Source of the DNA: Octopus vulgaris | Lineage: Eukaryota | DNA length: 64,000 bases | Assembly (NCBI GenBank): GCA_951406725.2 | Contig: OX597818.1 | Coordinates: forward strand, 28,830,001-28,894,000 | Direction of reading: 5' to 3' | In this document: piece by piece, positions 12,716 to 26,120 of the stretch | Position numbering within the stretch: position 1 is the first letter of the stretch | Layout: each line of letters begins with the position of its first letter | Made by a program: the position numbers and the translations under genes | The notes under the pieces: generated by a model | What the model was told of the DNA's origin: nothing | The model's input: the letters and a program-made list of their open reading frames with translations, nothing else | The model's database searches: none

Positions 12716-12720
<5 letters not shown>
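11250..12720 (+). mobile_element. Tc1 (DD34E) transposon, disrupted transposase 11462-12470
   Basis: GRPRKTT, FSDES, VMVWG, QDNAPCH-x-SPDLNPIE (34-residue spacing); frameshift ~11750 and stop at 12159; right TIR with inner DR (12520, 12694) ending at a TA run; left TIR not seen. Confidence 0.92.
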
Positions 12721-12766
<46 letters not shown>

Positions 12767-12854
12767 TATATATACACGTGTGTGCACGTGCACACACACA
12801 CACACACACATTGTTGTGATAAACAAAGATTTATAATAAGAAAATCATACAAAC

Positions 12855-12956
12855 CTCTTCTTTTGTAGAATTTATAAGTAAGAAGACCCATTATTATTAA
12901 TAATACAATTCCGACAGTGCAACCAATAATTATTTCCTTAGTGATTTCTTGCTTTT
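12855..12956 (-). CDS. Ig-superfamily receptor, transmembrane exon
   Basis: Acceptor tcttttcag|AA, donor G|gtttgt; 102 nt, phase 1-1; KKQEITKEIIIGCTVGIVLLIIMGLLTYKFYKRR: hydrophobic helix followed by basic stop-transfer, in frame with exon E. Confidence 0.85.
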
Positions 12957-13064
12957 CTGAAAAGATATATTAAAAAGACCATGAATTATTACATCAATAT
13001 ATATTGTAAGTATAATGAAGAATTTTCATTACTCATGTGTCTCATTTTATTGGGGTACACAACT

Positions 13065-15280
13065 CATCATCATTATCATCATTATCGTTTAACATCCATT
13101 TTCCATTCTGGCATGGGTTGGATGGTTTGAGTGAGGTCTGGAGAGCCAGTAGCTGCACCAGGCTCCAATCTGATCTGCCATTGTTTCTACAGCAGGATGC
13201 CCTTCCTAATGCTAACCTCTCCGAGAGTGTAGTTGGGCCATAAGCACAGGTGCCAGTTAGGTGGGCCTGGCATTGATCGTGTTCAGTTAGTACTTTTTAC
13301 CAGCACAGGAGCCAGTCAGGGGTTTCTTGCATCGGCCACATTTGGATGGTGATTTTTACAAGCCACCAGCATAGGAGCCAGTCATGCGATCCTGGCCTCA
13401 ATCACATTTGGATACTGCTTTCTATGTGCCACTGGCATGAGAGCCAGTCAGGGGGTACTAGCATCGACCTCGTTTGAATGGTACTTTTTACGTTCCACTG
13501 GCATGGGAGCCAGCCAGACGAACCTGGCATCGACAACATTCAGATGGTGTTTTTTACATGTCACCAGCATGAGAGCTAGTCAGGGGACACTGGCATAGAC
13601 CATGTTCAGATGGTGCATTTTATGTACCACTGGAATAGGAACCAGTCAGGAAGCACAGGCCACAGCTACAATTTTGGTTTTACTTGACTCAACAGGACTT
13701 CTCAAGCATAGCATATCACCCAATGCATCAAGGGTACTCTTAAATGGACTGGACATGCAACACTGGCATCGGCCATGGCAGTGATCTCACTTCAGTTGCC
13801 AGGTTTTCTCAATCACAGCATATCTCCAAAGGTCTCAGTCTCCTGTTATTGCCACTATGAGGCCCAGTGTTCAAAGGTCATGCTTCACCACCTCATCATA
13901 TGTCTTCCTGAGTCTACCTCTACCACAGGTTCCTTCCACAGTTAGGGTGTGGCACTTCCTCACACAACTGTCCTCATCCATATGTAACACATGACAATAT
14001 CAGTGGTGTCGTCTCTCTTGCTCACCACATCTGATGCTTTTTATGTCTAACTTTTCTCTCAGGGTGCTTACAATGTCGTGTATGCACACTGACATTACAC
14101 ATCTACTGTACCATACTAGCTTCACTTCTTTCAAGTCTACGCATGTCCTCTGCAGTCATGGCCCATGTTTCACTGCTGTGTAGCATGGCAGTTCGCACAC
14201 ATACATCATACAGTCTACTTTCATCCTGAGCAAGAGGCCCTTAGTTGCCAGCAAAAGTAGGTGCTCTCTGAACTTTGCCCAGGCTATTCTTATTCTAGCC
14301 ATTATACTGTCTAGTATTTCCCTCCTTGCATGTGATGGAATATGTTTTCTGTACATCTTCAGTGTTTAATACTCCTGTGTTTAATCTTCAGTGTTTAATG
14401 CACAAAAACTATCTTCCCAGTTAACCTTCCTTTGATATTGCTGCACCTTTTATGTGTCCATTGATTACATCAGGTACATCATATGGAGTTTCTACCAATG
14501 CCTTTTCTAAAGATTGAGCAGAGCCATCTACCTGAAGGGGTTTGTGATTTTTTATCCTCCCTACTTACTAAAACTTTGGTTTTTGCTAGGTTAACCCTAA
14601 GGCTCTTCAATTCTAGACCTTGCTTCTACACCCTAAACTCTGTCTCTGGTTCTGGCAGTGACTCTGCCATTAGAGCATGGTCCTCAGCATAGAGGAGCTT
14701 CCTGTGTTATTGCCTGGAGGACTATAATGAATAAGAGGGGACTGAGGACTGATCCCTGGTAAACCTGTACTTCTACCTGGAATTATCCACTATACTCGTT
14801 GCCAACTCTCATCTTACTGACTGCATCCCTGTACAGGGCTTGTACAGCTCTTATCAACCACTTGTCCATCCTCAGTTTTCACATTGACCATCAGATAAGG
14901 TATCAGGGGACCCTGTTAAAAGCTTTCTCCAAGTCAACAAAAGCCAAGTACAAAGGTTTATATTTGGCCAGATATTTCTCCTGCAGTTGCCTTACCCAAA
15001 ATATAGCATCAGTGGTGCGTCTGCTTGGCACAAAACCAAACTGCATCTTATCTAGGCTAACTCTCTCCAGAATTAGTTGGGCTGTGGCCCTCTCCGTAAC
15101 TTTCATCACCTGATCCAATAATCTGAAACTACCTGATTTACGATGTGTATGACAAGACCATAACCCACACCACCTGATATTTTAAGCATCTCAGCAGTGA
15201 TTACTGATGGGACAGGTGCTTCTCCTGTCTTCATATCCTTAATTGCTTTATCTACCAGGGTACTATCGATTTTTATAGTG
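13065..15280 (-). mobile_element. RTE LINE, decayed
   Basis: QFGFVPSRRTTDAIF...VDLEKAFNRVP, RIRIAWAKFRE; 3' UTR with ~58-bp tandem units 13250-13650; (GAT)n tail near 13065. Confidence 0.9.
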
Positions 15281-15564
15281 TTTCATTTCATTACACTTCT
15301 GTTTTTCTTTCCACTGCACATTTAATTCAACAAAAATGTCTTTCCATTATAATCCACTAAAAGCAATAGATTTCTCAGCTTACATTAGTATTGCACATCC
15401 AACAAATGATATTAATCTAATGCCTACCGGTGCTATCATGTTTCCATGTATCATTCAAATCCCCACAAATACACCAAGCAATATGCCTTTTAAACTTTTA
15501 AATAAAGCTGCAAATTTTTGAATTTTTTGTATTCAATTGCAACCAAAGTTGTTATAAAGTCACT

Positions 15565-16720
15565 AGAAATGGAGAAAGCTTTTGACAAGGTCCCTTGCTT
15601 CTTAATCTGGTAGCCAATGTAGAAGCTAGTGATAGCTGAGTGCTTGGTGAGAGCCATAAAGCCATGTACAGGGACGCTGTCAGTAAGGTGAAAGTTGGCA
15701 ATGAGAAGAGTAATGGATTTAGTGTACAGTTAGGTATTCATCAAGGATCAGTTCTTAGCTTCCTCTTCTTTATCATAGTCCTCCAGGCCATAACAGAAGA
15801 ATTTAAGACTGATTGCCTTTGGGAGCTCCTCTATGCTGATGAGCTTGTTCTTATAGCTGAATCTCTACTAGAATTTTAAAAGAAATTTCAGGTGTGGACA
15901 AGGTCTGGAATCAAAGGGCCTAAGAGTTAATTAAGCAAAGACCGAAGTCCTAGTAAGTAGGAAAGCAGACAAGTTATTAGTCTCTTCAGGGAGACAGCTG
16001 TTCTTGATATGCAGAAAAGGTATAGGTAGAAATTCCATAAATTGTACCCAGTGTAACACACAAGAAATACTGCAATATCACAGGAAGTTTAACAGAAAAA
16101 CTAGTCTTTGTGTGTCACAGGTAAGCAGGTACAATAAAAACTAAGAATGTATGAAGTAGGTGGGTAGTTCTTTACAAGTGTAGATAGCTTCCATTACCTT
16201 GATGACCAAGTTAACAGTGGAGGAGAATGCTCTGAAAATGTAGTTGCTAGAATAAGAATGTGCTGGGCAATGTTGCAGGTAACAAAAGGCCTCTCACTCA
16301 GAGTGAAAGGTAGAACAGATGATGCCTATATATGGATAGTGACAGTGAAACATGGGCTGTGACTGCAGAGGGTATGTGAAGGCTTGAAAGAAATGAATCC
16401 AGCCTATTCCAATGGATGTGCAAAGTCAGAGTGCATGTACAATAGAGTTTAAGCATTTTGAGAAAAAAAATGGGTATAAGTGGCATCAGATGCAGTGTGC
16501 AAGAGAGAAGACTGTGCTAGTACAGTCATGTGATGCATATGGCTGAGGATAGCTGCATAAAGAAGTGCTGATCTGTAAACTTGTAAACAAGGTAAACTGA
16601 GGAAGATGCGAGACAAAGTGGTGAGAAATAATCTTCAGATGTTGAGCTTCACAGAGGAGATGACAAGGGACTGAGACTTCTGGTGATTTGCTGTGCTTGA
16701 GAAGATATGTCAAACTAAGT
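15565..16720 (+). mobile_element. RTE LINE, strongly decayed
   Basis: EKAFDKVP, GIHQGS, WELLYADELVLIAES. Confidence 0.85.
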
Positions 16721-17351
16721 AAAATTGTGGCCGTCCATACATACAGGCATGTCCTTTATGGCCATGCCTTCCTCTCACACACACCAATGTAATCTGTCCT
16801 TTGTCAAAATTCCCCCACTACCCATCTTCCAAATACCTCCCCTTCATTCCAACAACCATAATCCCCATTTGCTGTAGTCACATCCACTCTATCTCAAATG
16901 CCTAACTGCACACACTGCATGCCCTCACATATCAATCACACTCCCTCCCAACCATTCCAGTTTCAATTTCTCTCACCATTACTTCCTAAATTCACCTCTT
17001 CCTCATCTCCAAACATTTCCCCTCACACTTTTGTAGAACATCCGCTTTCTATTCTCTTCGGACTACTACTACTCCCCACCAGATTCCGATGCAACTTCAA
17101 CACCATCTATTTCTCTCTCTCTCTCTTTCTCTTGCTTTGAATGTCTCTATCTTTCTCCTAACTTTCTCTCTCTTCTTTTTTTCCTGCTGGAGTAGCCAAG
17201 TATCTCTTCCATAGTAAGACATTTATCTCTATTCCCCTATCAGATTCTAATCTCTCACTTGGCACTAAGCTGCTTCCCTCAGTTCCACTTCCTCTCCCAA
17301 CTGAGAGGTCTCACAAGTTACTTGGCAACCCCACTGGTGCTGGTGCCACAT

Positions 17352-17660
17352 GTGAAGGTGCATGGCTTAGTGGTTAGTGTATTTGGCTCATGATCATAAA
17401 ACTGTTAGTTTGACTCCCAACTGTACATTGCATCCTTCAGCAAGATGCTTCATTTCATGTTGCTCCAACCACTGAGTTGACAAAAATGAGCTGTACCTGT
17501 AATTCAAAGGGCCAGCCTTGTCACATTCATTGTCACATTGAATCTCTCTGAGAACACATATCTGTGGAGTGCTTAGTCACTTGTATGGTAATTTCATGAG
17601 CAGGCTGTTCCAATGATCCAATCAACTGGAACACTCATCACCATTACCAATGGAGTGCCA
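17352..17660 (+). mobile_element. tRNA-derived SINE nested in an RTE 3' UTR remnant
   Basis: gtgaaggtgcatggcttagtggttag head; body homologous to 33265-33599; flanked by tggtgcca. Confidence 0.7.
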
Positions 17661-20559
17661 GTTGGTGCCATATAAAAAAGTCATCAGTGCTGGTGTTGCA
17701 TTAAAAGCACCCAGTACACTCTGTAAGGTGGCAGGCATTAGGAAGAGCAATCAGCCATAGAAACCATGTCAAATCAGACAATGGGACCTAGTGCAGCTTT
17801 TTGCTTGCCAGCTTTTATGAAACCATCCAACCTATGCCAACATCAAAGACAGATATCAAAATGATGATGAGGCCAATTTATATCCTTGCAATAAGGATGT
17901 GTTCATTCTGTTAATGCATTAGAAATGTTTCAGACATTACTATGCATTATGATGTTTGGATGATTCTTTTCTAATCATTCTTCTCTGTGACTGCACAGAC
18001 ATAACTGTAGTTATCTAATGTAGTGTTGAATAGTTCAGCATTTTAATCAGTGGTAGCACAGTAAAAACAATATGTCCGTCGGGTTACACTAATGATTTCA
18101 AACCCACACAATGATGTGGCAATCTTTTCTGGGGAAAGTGGCGGTACATGCTGGAATTGTGTGTACATGTAACTGCTGGCTAAGGCCCCCTAATCAGCAT
18201 CATCTAAGCATTATAATTCTTGAATTTTAACATATGATTTCAGAACTATTTTTCATAAGAAAAGTTCTTATTGCAGAATCTGTCAAAAGTTATAAATCAG
18301 GAAAAAAATAAGGAGACTAAGGCCAATATAGTATTTGCAGTTTGTTAAACTGGATAATAAATTAAATTCCTGCCATATCATATAGTGATATAAATTGTTT
18401 GTAACTATCCCGGAATACTTTATAAATATGGTCTACACTAGGAGGGAGGAGCTCATCACCTGATTTTAAATTTGAAATTACTCAATGAGAAAATCTATAA
18501 AGATCCATATGAAAAAATTTAAATAGTAATGTAATATATATAGCATACCTATGAATTTGAAAGATTCATTAATTTTCTCAGTAAAAATGTACCTCAGAAA
18601 TTCTTATACACCTTTCAATTTACTTTTCATACTGAACAGTTCCCCCAACTCTTCTTTAGGTCTTTGATTAATGAAAACCACAGATGAACCATCATCTTCA
18701 AGCAATCTACATGCATGGAACTGTTTCTAACTTGGTGTGGCCAATGTTATCCTGTCTCAGACAGGTTCTGAATTTTTTAAACTTTTTATACTTAGTGCTG
18801 CTTTGTAGTAACTTGACATCATTTAATGTGCAATAACTGCATTAATTCCAAATATTCTGTTCTATGACAAAAAAAAAAAAAGAACATTGCTGCTGTCATT
18901 TCACATCTGTTATCTATACTGGCATGGTGAACTGTTTGACAGGAGCTGGTAAGTCTGGGAGCCACATGAAGCTTTAGTGTCTGTTTTCGCATGGTTTTTA
19001 CAACTGGATCTCCTTCCTAGTGCTAAGTGTTCAACTGACAGATTTATTAATCCATGAACATTGTATAGGGAATCATATAAATCAAAATAACTTAAGAGAT
19101 TTAACCAATTTGGACCAGTAGAAAGGCCAAAAAGAGGTAATATTTCAGTATTTGTATGCATTAGTTCACTGTTTCCCTATTTCAGCAAAAATGCCTTACT
19201 ATATTTAAAACAACTCCATTTAAACTACATAGAAAATATTTAAATAAACACACTAAAAATAGTTTAGTTAATCAACCTGAAAACTTCACTAAAACTGAGG
19301 GAGTAGATTCCCAATATAAGTTTTGCCATCTTCACACCCTACTCCAAAAAACCAAACTACATCTCTCTTCTTACTCACATTTCCTCTTTTAATGCACTAT
19401 GCTTATCTCTTGCTCCCCAGTTCTGTCCACACTGCACTGCTCACAGTATCATTACTATCCTGTTGTCCCCTACCCACTCTATATGCCCAGGTTTTACCAG
19501 TCACTGCATACCCCACCCCCACACACCTTGCATTCACATGAAGCCTCTACTCTCTATACGTGTACCTTGGCAACACCCTCCCTTTTATATTCTGACCCTA
19601 TGTCTTTAGAGCATACTCTTCCACTTATCTCCTCCTGGCTCTTCTCTACCATCCCATTTATATTCTGATCCCCATTCCTTGTGAGCATGCTCTGGTGCTT
19701 TACCACCATCTCTCTCCTGCTCTCTTGCACTCTCTTTCTCTTTCTCCTGCACTCTCCCTCTTTCTCCTGCTCTCTGACACTCTCCCTCTTTCTTTTGCTC
19801 TCTTTCACTTCCTTTCTCTATTCCTTAGACTGGTTAACTATGTATCGGTTCTACAGCAACACACCCATTACTGGCCTCAATCTCGATCAATCCTTCTCTC
19901 TCCTTCTGACCGGGTAACCATGTATCACCTCTACAGCAACACATCTATTTGTTTCTCTGTCATACACTAACCTTTCATCATCTGGCACAAGATCACCTCC
20001 AATGCCACATCGTCTCTCAAAGGATTTTTATCTTACAAGTTATTTGGTGACTCTGTTAATGTTGGAGCCACATAAAAAGCATCCATTCCACACTGTATAG
20101 TGGTTGGCATTTGGAAGAGCATCCAACTGTAAAAAAAAAAACCCTGCTAAAACTGATCTCAGTTGTGCTGGTGTCACATAAGCATTCAGTCTATTCAGTG
20201 GAGTGGTTGATGTTAGGAAGGGCACCGAGTCATAAAAATCATGTCAAAACAGAAAACATAGCATAGTGCAGTCTTCTGCTTAGTGATCGCTAGTCAAAAC
20301 GTCCAACCCATGCCAACATGGAAAGCAGATGATGATAATGATGATTTCTGAAAGGAAAATTATTTGTTCTTACAAATGTAATACTGAGCAAGAAACAATG
20401 CTAAACTAGACGCTCTGACATTAAAACCCAGAGCTGACTATAACACTTAAACTGAAAGTAGAACTTTAAGTACTTTATGAATATATTAATAAATTACAAA
20501 CAATTCTATATAGCATAAAATAACATTTTAAATGATTAAAGAAGCATGTAACAACTTAC

Positions 20560-20868
20560 TCTTATATCTCAAAGTAAAAACAACAGTTTCTTTTCCTATG
20601 GAGTTTTCCACTGTTAAAGTATAAGTACCAATATCATCGTCTTTGATGTCTTCTAGCTTTAAACTAGTACAGTTTCCTTTGAAAGGAAACTCATTTGGTA
20701 AATAATCAGTTATTAAATATTCGTTTGAGTCAATTGATTCCTCATTTTTCTGCCATTTTACATCAGATTTTGGATGCGAATAAAAACACTGTTTCAAAAT
20801 TACAGTTTCTCCATTTGAAACATTTCTCTTTTTTGGAACATTTAATACTGAACTGAACATGGCTTTCA
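20560..20868 (-). CDS. Ig-superfamily receptor, Ig exon E (I-set-like, membrane proximal)
   Basis: Acceptor tttttccaccag|TG, donor A|gtaagt; 309 nt, phase 1-1; VKAMFSSV...GETVILKQCFYSHPKSDVKWQK...DDIGTYTLTVENSIG...TLRYK. Confidence 0.9.
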
Positions 20869-21339
20869 CTGGTGGAAAAAATAATAAAATATTAAAAGAG
20901 AAAATACACATGTACTAGAAATTAAATATTTTCTGAAACTAACAATAAATATTCTAAATTATCAATTGAAGATTATCATAAGTTTTTGGAAAAAATAAGA
21001 TGAAATAATCCTTTCTACTATAGGCAAAAAGGCCTGGAATTTTGGGGAAGGGGCTAGTCAATTATATGGAGCCCAGTGCTTCACAGGTACTTATTTTATC
21101 AATTCCAAAAGAATGAAAGGCAAAGCAGGCCTTGGTAGAATTTGAACTCAGACTGTGATGCACATGGCAGTATAACCAAGCACTTAGAGTACTGACTGAT
21201 GCAGTGGTGGAGAGGGTAATGTGAATTAGCAATGGCAAAAGGCCACAAATAGTGGGGCATGGGAAGATAAAGGTTGCAAGCCAGCCACTGTAAGGAAGAA
21301 GAATGATTGAAATGGGGAGTTAGGATCTTTCCGTTGATT

Positions 21340-21900
21340 CTGATGGTAAATATCACTTGTCACTTTTTACCATCAAGAGACTTGACCTTGTCAAATGGTG
21401 CCAAGAAAAAAAGATGGTAAAGATGGTAGAGCTAACAGTTCCCTAGGAAGGAGACATTGAAAATGCTCTCCTCAGGAAAGAAAATATATGTTGTTTAAAC
21501 TTTGTGAAAACAATGGATGAGAGGTAATATACCTTCCTGTAGAGACAAGTGTCAGAGGATTTGTTGGAATCAGGGTTCACTTGATGCTCGGGAGTTTTGG
21601 ACTAGGTGCAGATGACGCAAAAGATGTTACTGGAAAATTGCCGGAAGTTGTCAAGAAAGCAACTTATTATATCTTCCTCAGGAGAGAGCATGAGTGATGA
21701 AGCAAGAATTAGCAATGAGGATGGTAGAAATAACTGATCCAGAGTTACAACATCTGATCACCAAAGCTTGTGCTGTTGCATGCTTATGTTGTTGTTTACA
21801 CCAGTAGGTGGCCCTGGACAGTTCTATTGTCATGATGGAAAGGGCTGAAATACCTACAGAGCTGCTTTACTGCCCCAAAAGAAATCAATGCCTGCATATA
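21340..21900 (-). mobile_element. Non-RTE LINE RT remnant (CR1/Jockey-like)
   Basis: Minus-strand NPDSNKSSD resembling the NKSSDPSNYRPI region; heavily decayed. Confidence 0.35.
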
Positions 21901-22044
21901 AGTTTTTAGCTTCTTAACTGCAATTAAACAGACCCTAGCTAATTAGACATCCAGCAACTTTGTCAAAAATTCTTTTCCATCACTTTTTAACAAACCCAGT
22001 AACATGAACATATGTACATAGCAGCCAAACCTGTTGTATTTGCT

Positions 22045-22431
22045 GTGGAGGCGCAATGGCCCAATGGTGAGGGCAGCGGACTCGCGGTCATAGGATCGCG
22101 GTTTCGATTCATAGACCGGGCGTTGTGAGTGTTTATTGAGCGAAAACACCTTAAAAGCTCCACGAGGCTCTGGCAGGGGATGGTGGTGATCCCTGCTGTA
22201 CTCTTTCACCACAACTTTCTCTCACTCTTACTTCCTGTTTCTGTTGTACCTGTATTTCAAGGGGCCGGCCTTGTCACTCTCTGTGTCATGCTGAATATCC
22301 CCGAGAATTACGTTAAGGGTGCACGTGTCTGTGGAGTGCTCAGCCACTTACACGTTAATTTCAAGAGCAGGCTGTTCCATTAATTCAGATCAACCGGAAT
22401 CCTCATCGTCGTAACCGACGGAGTGCTTCCA
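22045..22431 (+). mobile_element. tRNA-derived SINE with 10-bp TSD
   Basis: Head ggaggcgcaatggcccaatggtgagggc...ggtttcgattc; TSD tgtatttgct at 22035-22044 and 22432-22441; CpG-rich, probably young. Confidence 0.85.
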
Positions 22432-22544
22432 TGTATTTGCTATCCACAGTGTATCCAGTTTAACCTTCTACACACAATAAAACATTCAATCAGTTACTTT
22501 TTTTCAACTCTACTCATTATTTAAGATGTCACTATTATAGCTTA

Positions 22545-23605
22545 GCCATGCCACATGGCAGTGAATGTGTACGAACAGCCATGCTACATGGCAGTGAAAT
22601 GTGTACAAACAGCCATGCTACATGGCAGTGAAACATGGGCCGTGACTGCTGAGGACATGCATAAGCTCGCAAAGAATGAAGCCAGCATGCTCCGATTGAT
22701 GTGTAATGTCAGTGTGCATACTTGACAGAGTGTTAGTCCCTTGAAAGAAAAGTTGTACCTAAGAAGCATCAGATGTGGTGTGCAAGAAAGACGACTGTGC
22801 TGGTATGGCTATGTGGTGAGAATGGATGTGGATAGTTGTGTGAAAAACTGCCACACCCTAGTGGTTGAGGGAACCTGTGGAAGAGGTAGACCCAGAAAGA
22901 CCTGGGATGAGGTGGTGAAGCATGACCTTCGAACATTAGGCCTCACCAAGGCAATAACTAGTGACCGGGACCTTTGGAAATATGCTGTGCTTGAGAAGAC
23001 TCGGCAAGCTCAAGTGAGACCATAATCTTGTAATTTATGCCAGGGGTGTAACCAGCCCACTTATGCATACCTTTCCTTCACTGGACACTATTCTCCACTT
23101 GCGAAGACCTGTTGAGGCAAATGAAATTGAAATCAAATTCAATGACTGGCATCCATGCTAGTGGAGCGCTAAGAGTACCATACGAGGATGATCGTTGCCA
23201 GAGCAACAAGCTAGCCTCCATGCCGATGGCACGTAAAAAGCACCATTCGAGTGTGATCATTACCTGCGTCGCCTTACTGGTACTTGTGCTGGTGGTACGT
23301 GAAAAACCATTTGAACAAGGTCGTTGCCAGAGCCACTGGACTGGCTATTGTGCATGTGGCACATAAAAAGCACCATTTGAGTGTGGCCGCTACCAGTACC
23401 GCCTGACTGGCCCTCGTGCCGGTGGCACGTAAAAAGCACCCACTACACTCTCGGACTGGTTGGCGTTAAGAAGGGCACCCAGCTGTAGAAACTCTGCCAG
23501 ATCAGATTGGAGTCTGGTGCAGTCATCTGGTTCACCAGACCTCAGTCAAATCGTCCAACCCATGTTAGCATGGAAAGCGGTCGTTAAACGATGATGATGA
23601 TAATG
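22545..23605 (+). mobile_element. RTE LINE 3' fragment
   Basis: MLHGSETW, RRLCWYGYV, GRGRPRKTW; 3' UTR repeats; (GAT)n tail; short tandem duplications at the 5' junction. Confidence 0.9.
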
Positions 23606-24425
23606 AATTTAAAACTACAATTCAAGTGAACAACTTCAAATGATGTATAGAAGTGGATAACTTGGTTTGCTGATTATTTTTATAGATGTGGCCAAAGACA
23701 AGACATTACTGTGTAAAATAAAGAGGAAGGTTTTTCAAAGGATTCAAATTGATATAATCTGTACAAGATATCAATTCAGAAATTTTGAGATTTATGTAAG
23801 TTAGAATGGGATTATCACTATGTGATATTGTCTCAGATATCACCTTGAGATTATTATTTCCAAGTGACTAATCCATTACAAAGTTTGAAATTTATGCTCA
23901 AAGATCACTTAATCAAAAATGAAGAAATATGCAATTATGTGCATCATCTCTAATAAAGACAATCTCTACAATGCTACTCAGAAACAGCCTATTGGTTTCA
24001 CAGCCAATATTTCTAAGATTATGATGATTCATCACCTCCTACTTTAATTTTGATCTCAAGACATCTGAAGATATATAAAACTAGGTCTTCTAGAAACCAT
24101 TACCTTTATGTTACAAAGTGGCTTTCATGAAGGTCTAAACAGGATACAAACATTTCTCTTCTTTCTAAAGCTAACAAATATAGTATGATATAGAATTTAA
24201 ATGAAAACTCTATGTTACTAAAAGTTTTAGGAAGATCTTTGAAAAATAAATAATTTATTGCCAAAAAGGAAACTAACACCATATGTATCTCTTTATAATT
24301 TGAAATAACAACAAATATTTTATGCTCTTGGTCTATAATTTAATTCATATGCTTCCAATTAATGTGAAAAAACGCTTTCAGTTCTTTTCTGGAAATATTG
24401 ATGACAATCACTTTATTAAAACAGC

Positions 24426-25672
24426 TGGGTTGACAACTAAGTTCCTGCCATCTTTTTAAATTTTGGAATTTATTACATTTTTAAATTTTGGAATCTTTTT
24501 TTTTTTTCTAGTTAATCTTAGTTAATTTTTGTTTATTTTCAGATCATTAAAATGGAATGTCAAGTTAAGAGAAACGAGCATTTTCAATACCTGCTTCTTT
24601 TTGATTTTAATCAAGGTTCTAAGGCCGCAAAAGCTGCTCGTGACATTTGTGCTGTGTATGGAGAGGGTACCATAGCTGAAAAAGCCACTCGTGATAGGTA
24701 TGCCAAGTTCAAAAATGGAAATTTTGACCTTGAAGACACACCTTGTTCTGGCCGTCCAGTTGAGATTGATGTAGATTGGATTAAACCAACTTTTGCACGA
24801 AAATTCTCATGAAATGACAAGGGAACTGGCAGAGAAAATGGAATGCTCCCACACTGCTATAGAAAAGCATCTTCACTCAATGGGAAAGGTTCAGAAGTAT
24901 GGAGCATGGGTTTTTGCATGTTCTAAGTGACAACAACAAAAATTAACAAGCCACAATCTCCACTGGTTTGCTTGCTCATCACCGCTCAACTCATGGACAC
25001 AAGCAACGATTTCTTTACTGAATCGTTACTGGTGATGAAAAATAGTGCCTGTACATCAATATGAAAGAACATAAGGAATTGCTTAGCCCCGGTAAACAAG
25101 TGACACTGCGTGTAAAACAAGATCTTCATCGGCGTAAAACGATGTTGTGTATATGGTGGGACTGGGAAGGAATTATCCATTACGAATTGCTTGAATGGAA
25201 CCAAACAGTCATTGTGGAACTCTATGTTCAACAGAGGGAACAACTCAACATGGCTATTCAAGAGAAAAGACCTAATCGGCAGCATAAAGCTCTTCTGCTG
25301 CATGACAACGCCCGCCCTCATATTGCCAAAATGACCAAGGAAGGTGTTCAAATGCATGGCTGAGAAGTGCTGCTACACCCACCATACTCTCCTAATTTGG
25401 CACTAATGGATTTCCACCTCTTTCTATCTCTTTCAAATGTTATGTGTAGAGTTTTGTTCAATAATGATACAGAATTGAGAGCTTGAATCAATTTTTTGAG
25501 CCGAAATCGGGTGATTTCTACCAACGAGGTATTGACAATCTTGTTGAACATTGGGAAAAAGTAGTAAACAACAAGGGTGAATGCATTATTGATTAATTAG
25601 TTGTTATTTTTCATTAAACCTTTTAAAAAATTTAAATTAAAAAAACGGCAGGAACTTAGTTGCCAACCCAAT
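24426..25672 (+). mobile_element. Mariner transposon, full length but decayed
   Basis: TIRs tgggttgacaactaagttcctgcc / ggcaggaacttagttgccaaccca; SGRP, IVTGDEK, MLCIWWD, HDNARPH, HPPYSPNLA; frameshifts and stops. Confidence 0.92.
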
Positions 25673-25868
25673 ACAATTCTTCAGTATTTATATCTCAAAC
25701 AATTCCTGAAAATTATAATTTTATTGATACACATAAAAAGAAACAAAGTCCAACAATCTCCTAATGGGATAAAATTAAATAAATAACTGAACAATTTTAC
25801 CATTCTAAAAATAAAAATTGAATTGTAAATATGTTTTAAAAATAATTGTGGCTTTGTAAAATACTTGC

Positions 25869-26120
25869 CTGGAATTTTGTAGTTTGATGACTTAGTCACA
25901 TGAAAATCATCATTGATTACATGACACTCCCATGTACCAGTATTATTGAAGGAAGGATTGTTTATAGATAATACTTCTTTATTATAAGTATTCTTAGTGG
26001 TGTTTCCCCATTTTTGCTTCAGTTTGTATTTATGAGTTGCTGGATTTCCATCAGATGCAGTGCAACTAATTATTATTTCATTTGTCTTTTTTGAAATATT
26101 AAAGTTTACTTGAGGAGGAT
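25869..26120 (-). CDS. Ig-superfamily receptor, Ig exon D (GC donor)
   Basis: Largely absent from the ORF track; read manually: acceptor tttttaag|AT, YPPQVNFNISKKTNEIIISCTASDGNPATHKYKLKQKW...NTGTWECHVIN...NYKIP, donor CAG|gcaagt; 252 nt, phase 1-1. Confidence 0.87.

Noticed and set aside
13250-13650. Regularly spaced ~58-bp repeats resembling a CRISPR array
   Set aside because: Degenerate tandem units of the RTE 3' UTR (also at 7270-7430 and 23130-23440); no unique spacers, no cas genes, eukaryotic context
19323-19970. Hydrophobic or charged ORFs in pyrimidine/purine-skewed DNA (also 16800-17300, 51100-52000, 61300-61720)
   Set aside because: Low-complexity tracts associated with old RTE 3' regions
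22045-22120. tRNA gene candidates (also 633-695, 17352, 33530-33599)
   Set aside because: They are heads of SINEs or parts of repeats with TSDs and lack a complete acceptor stem
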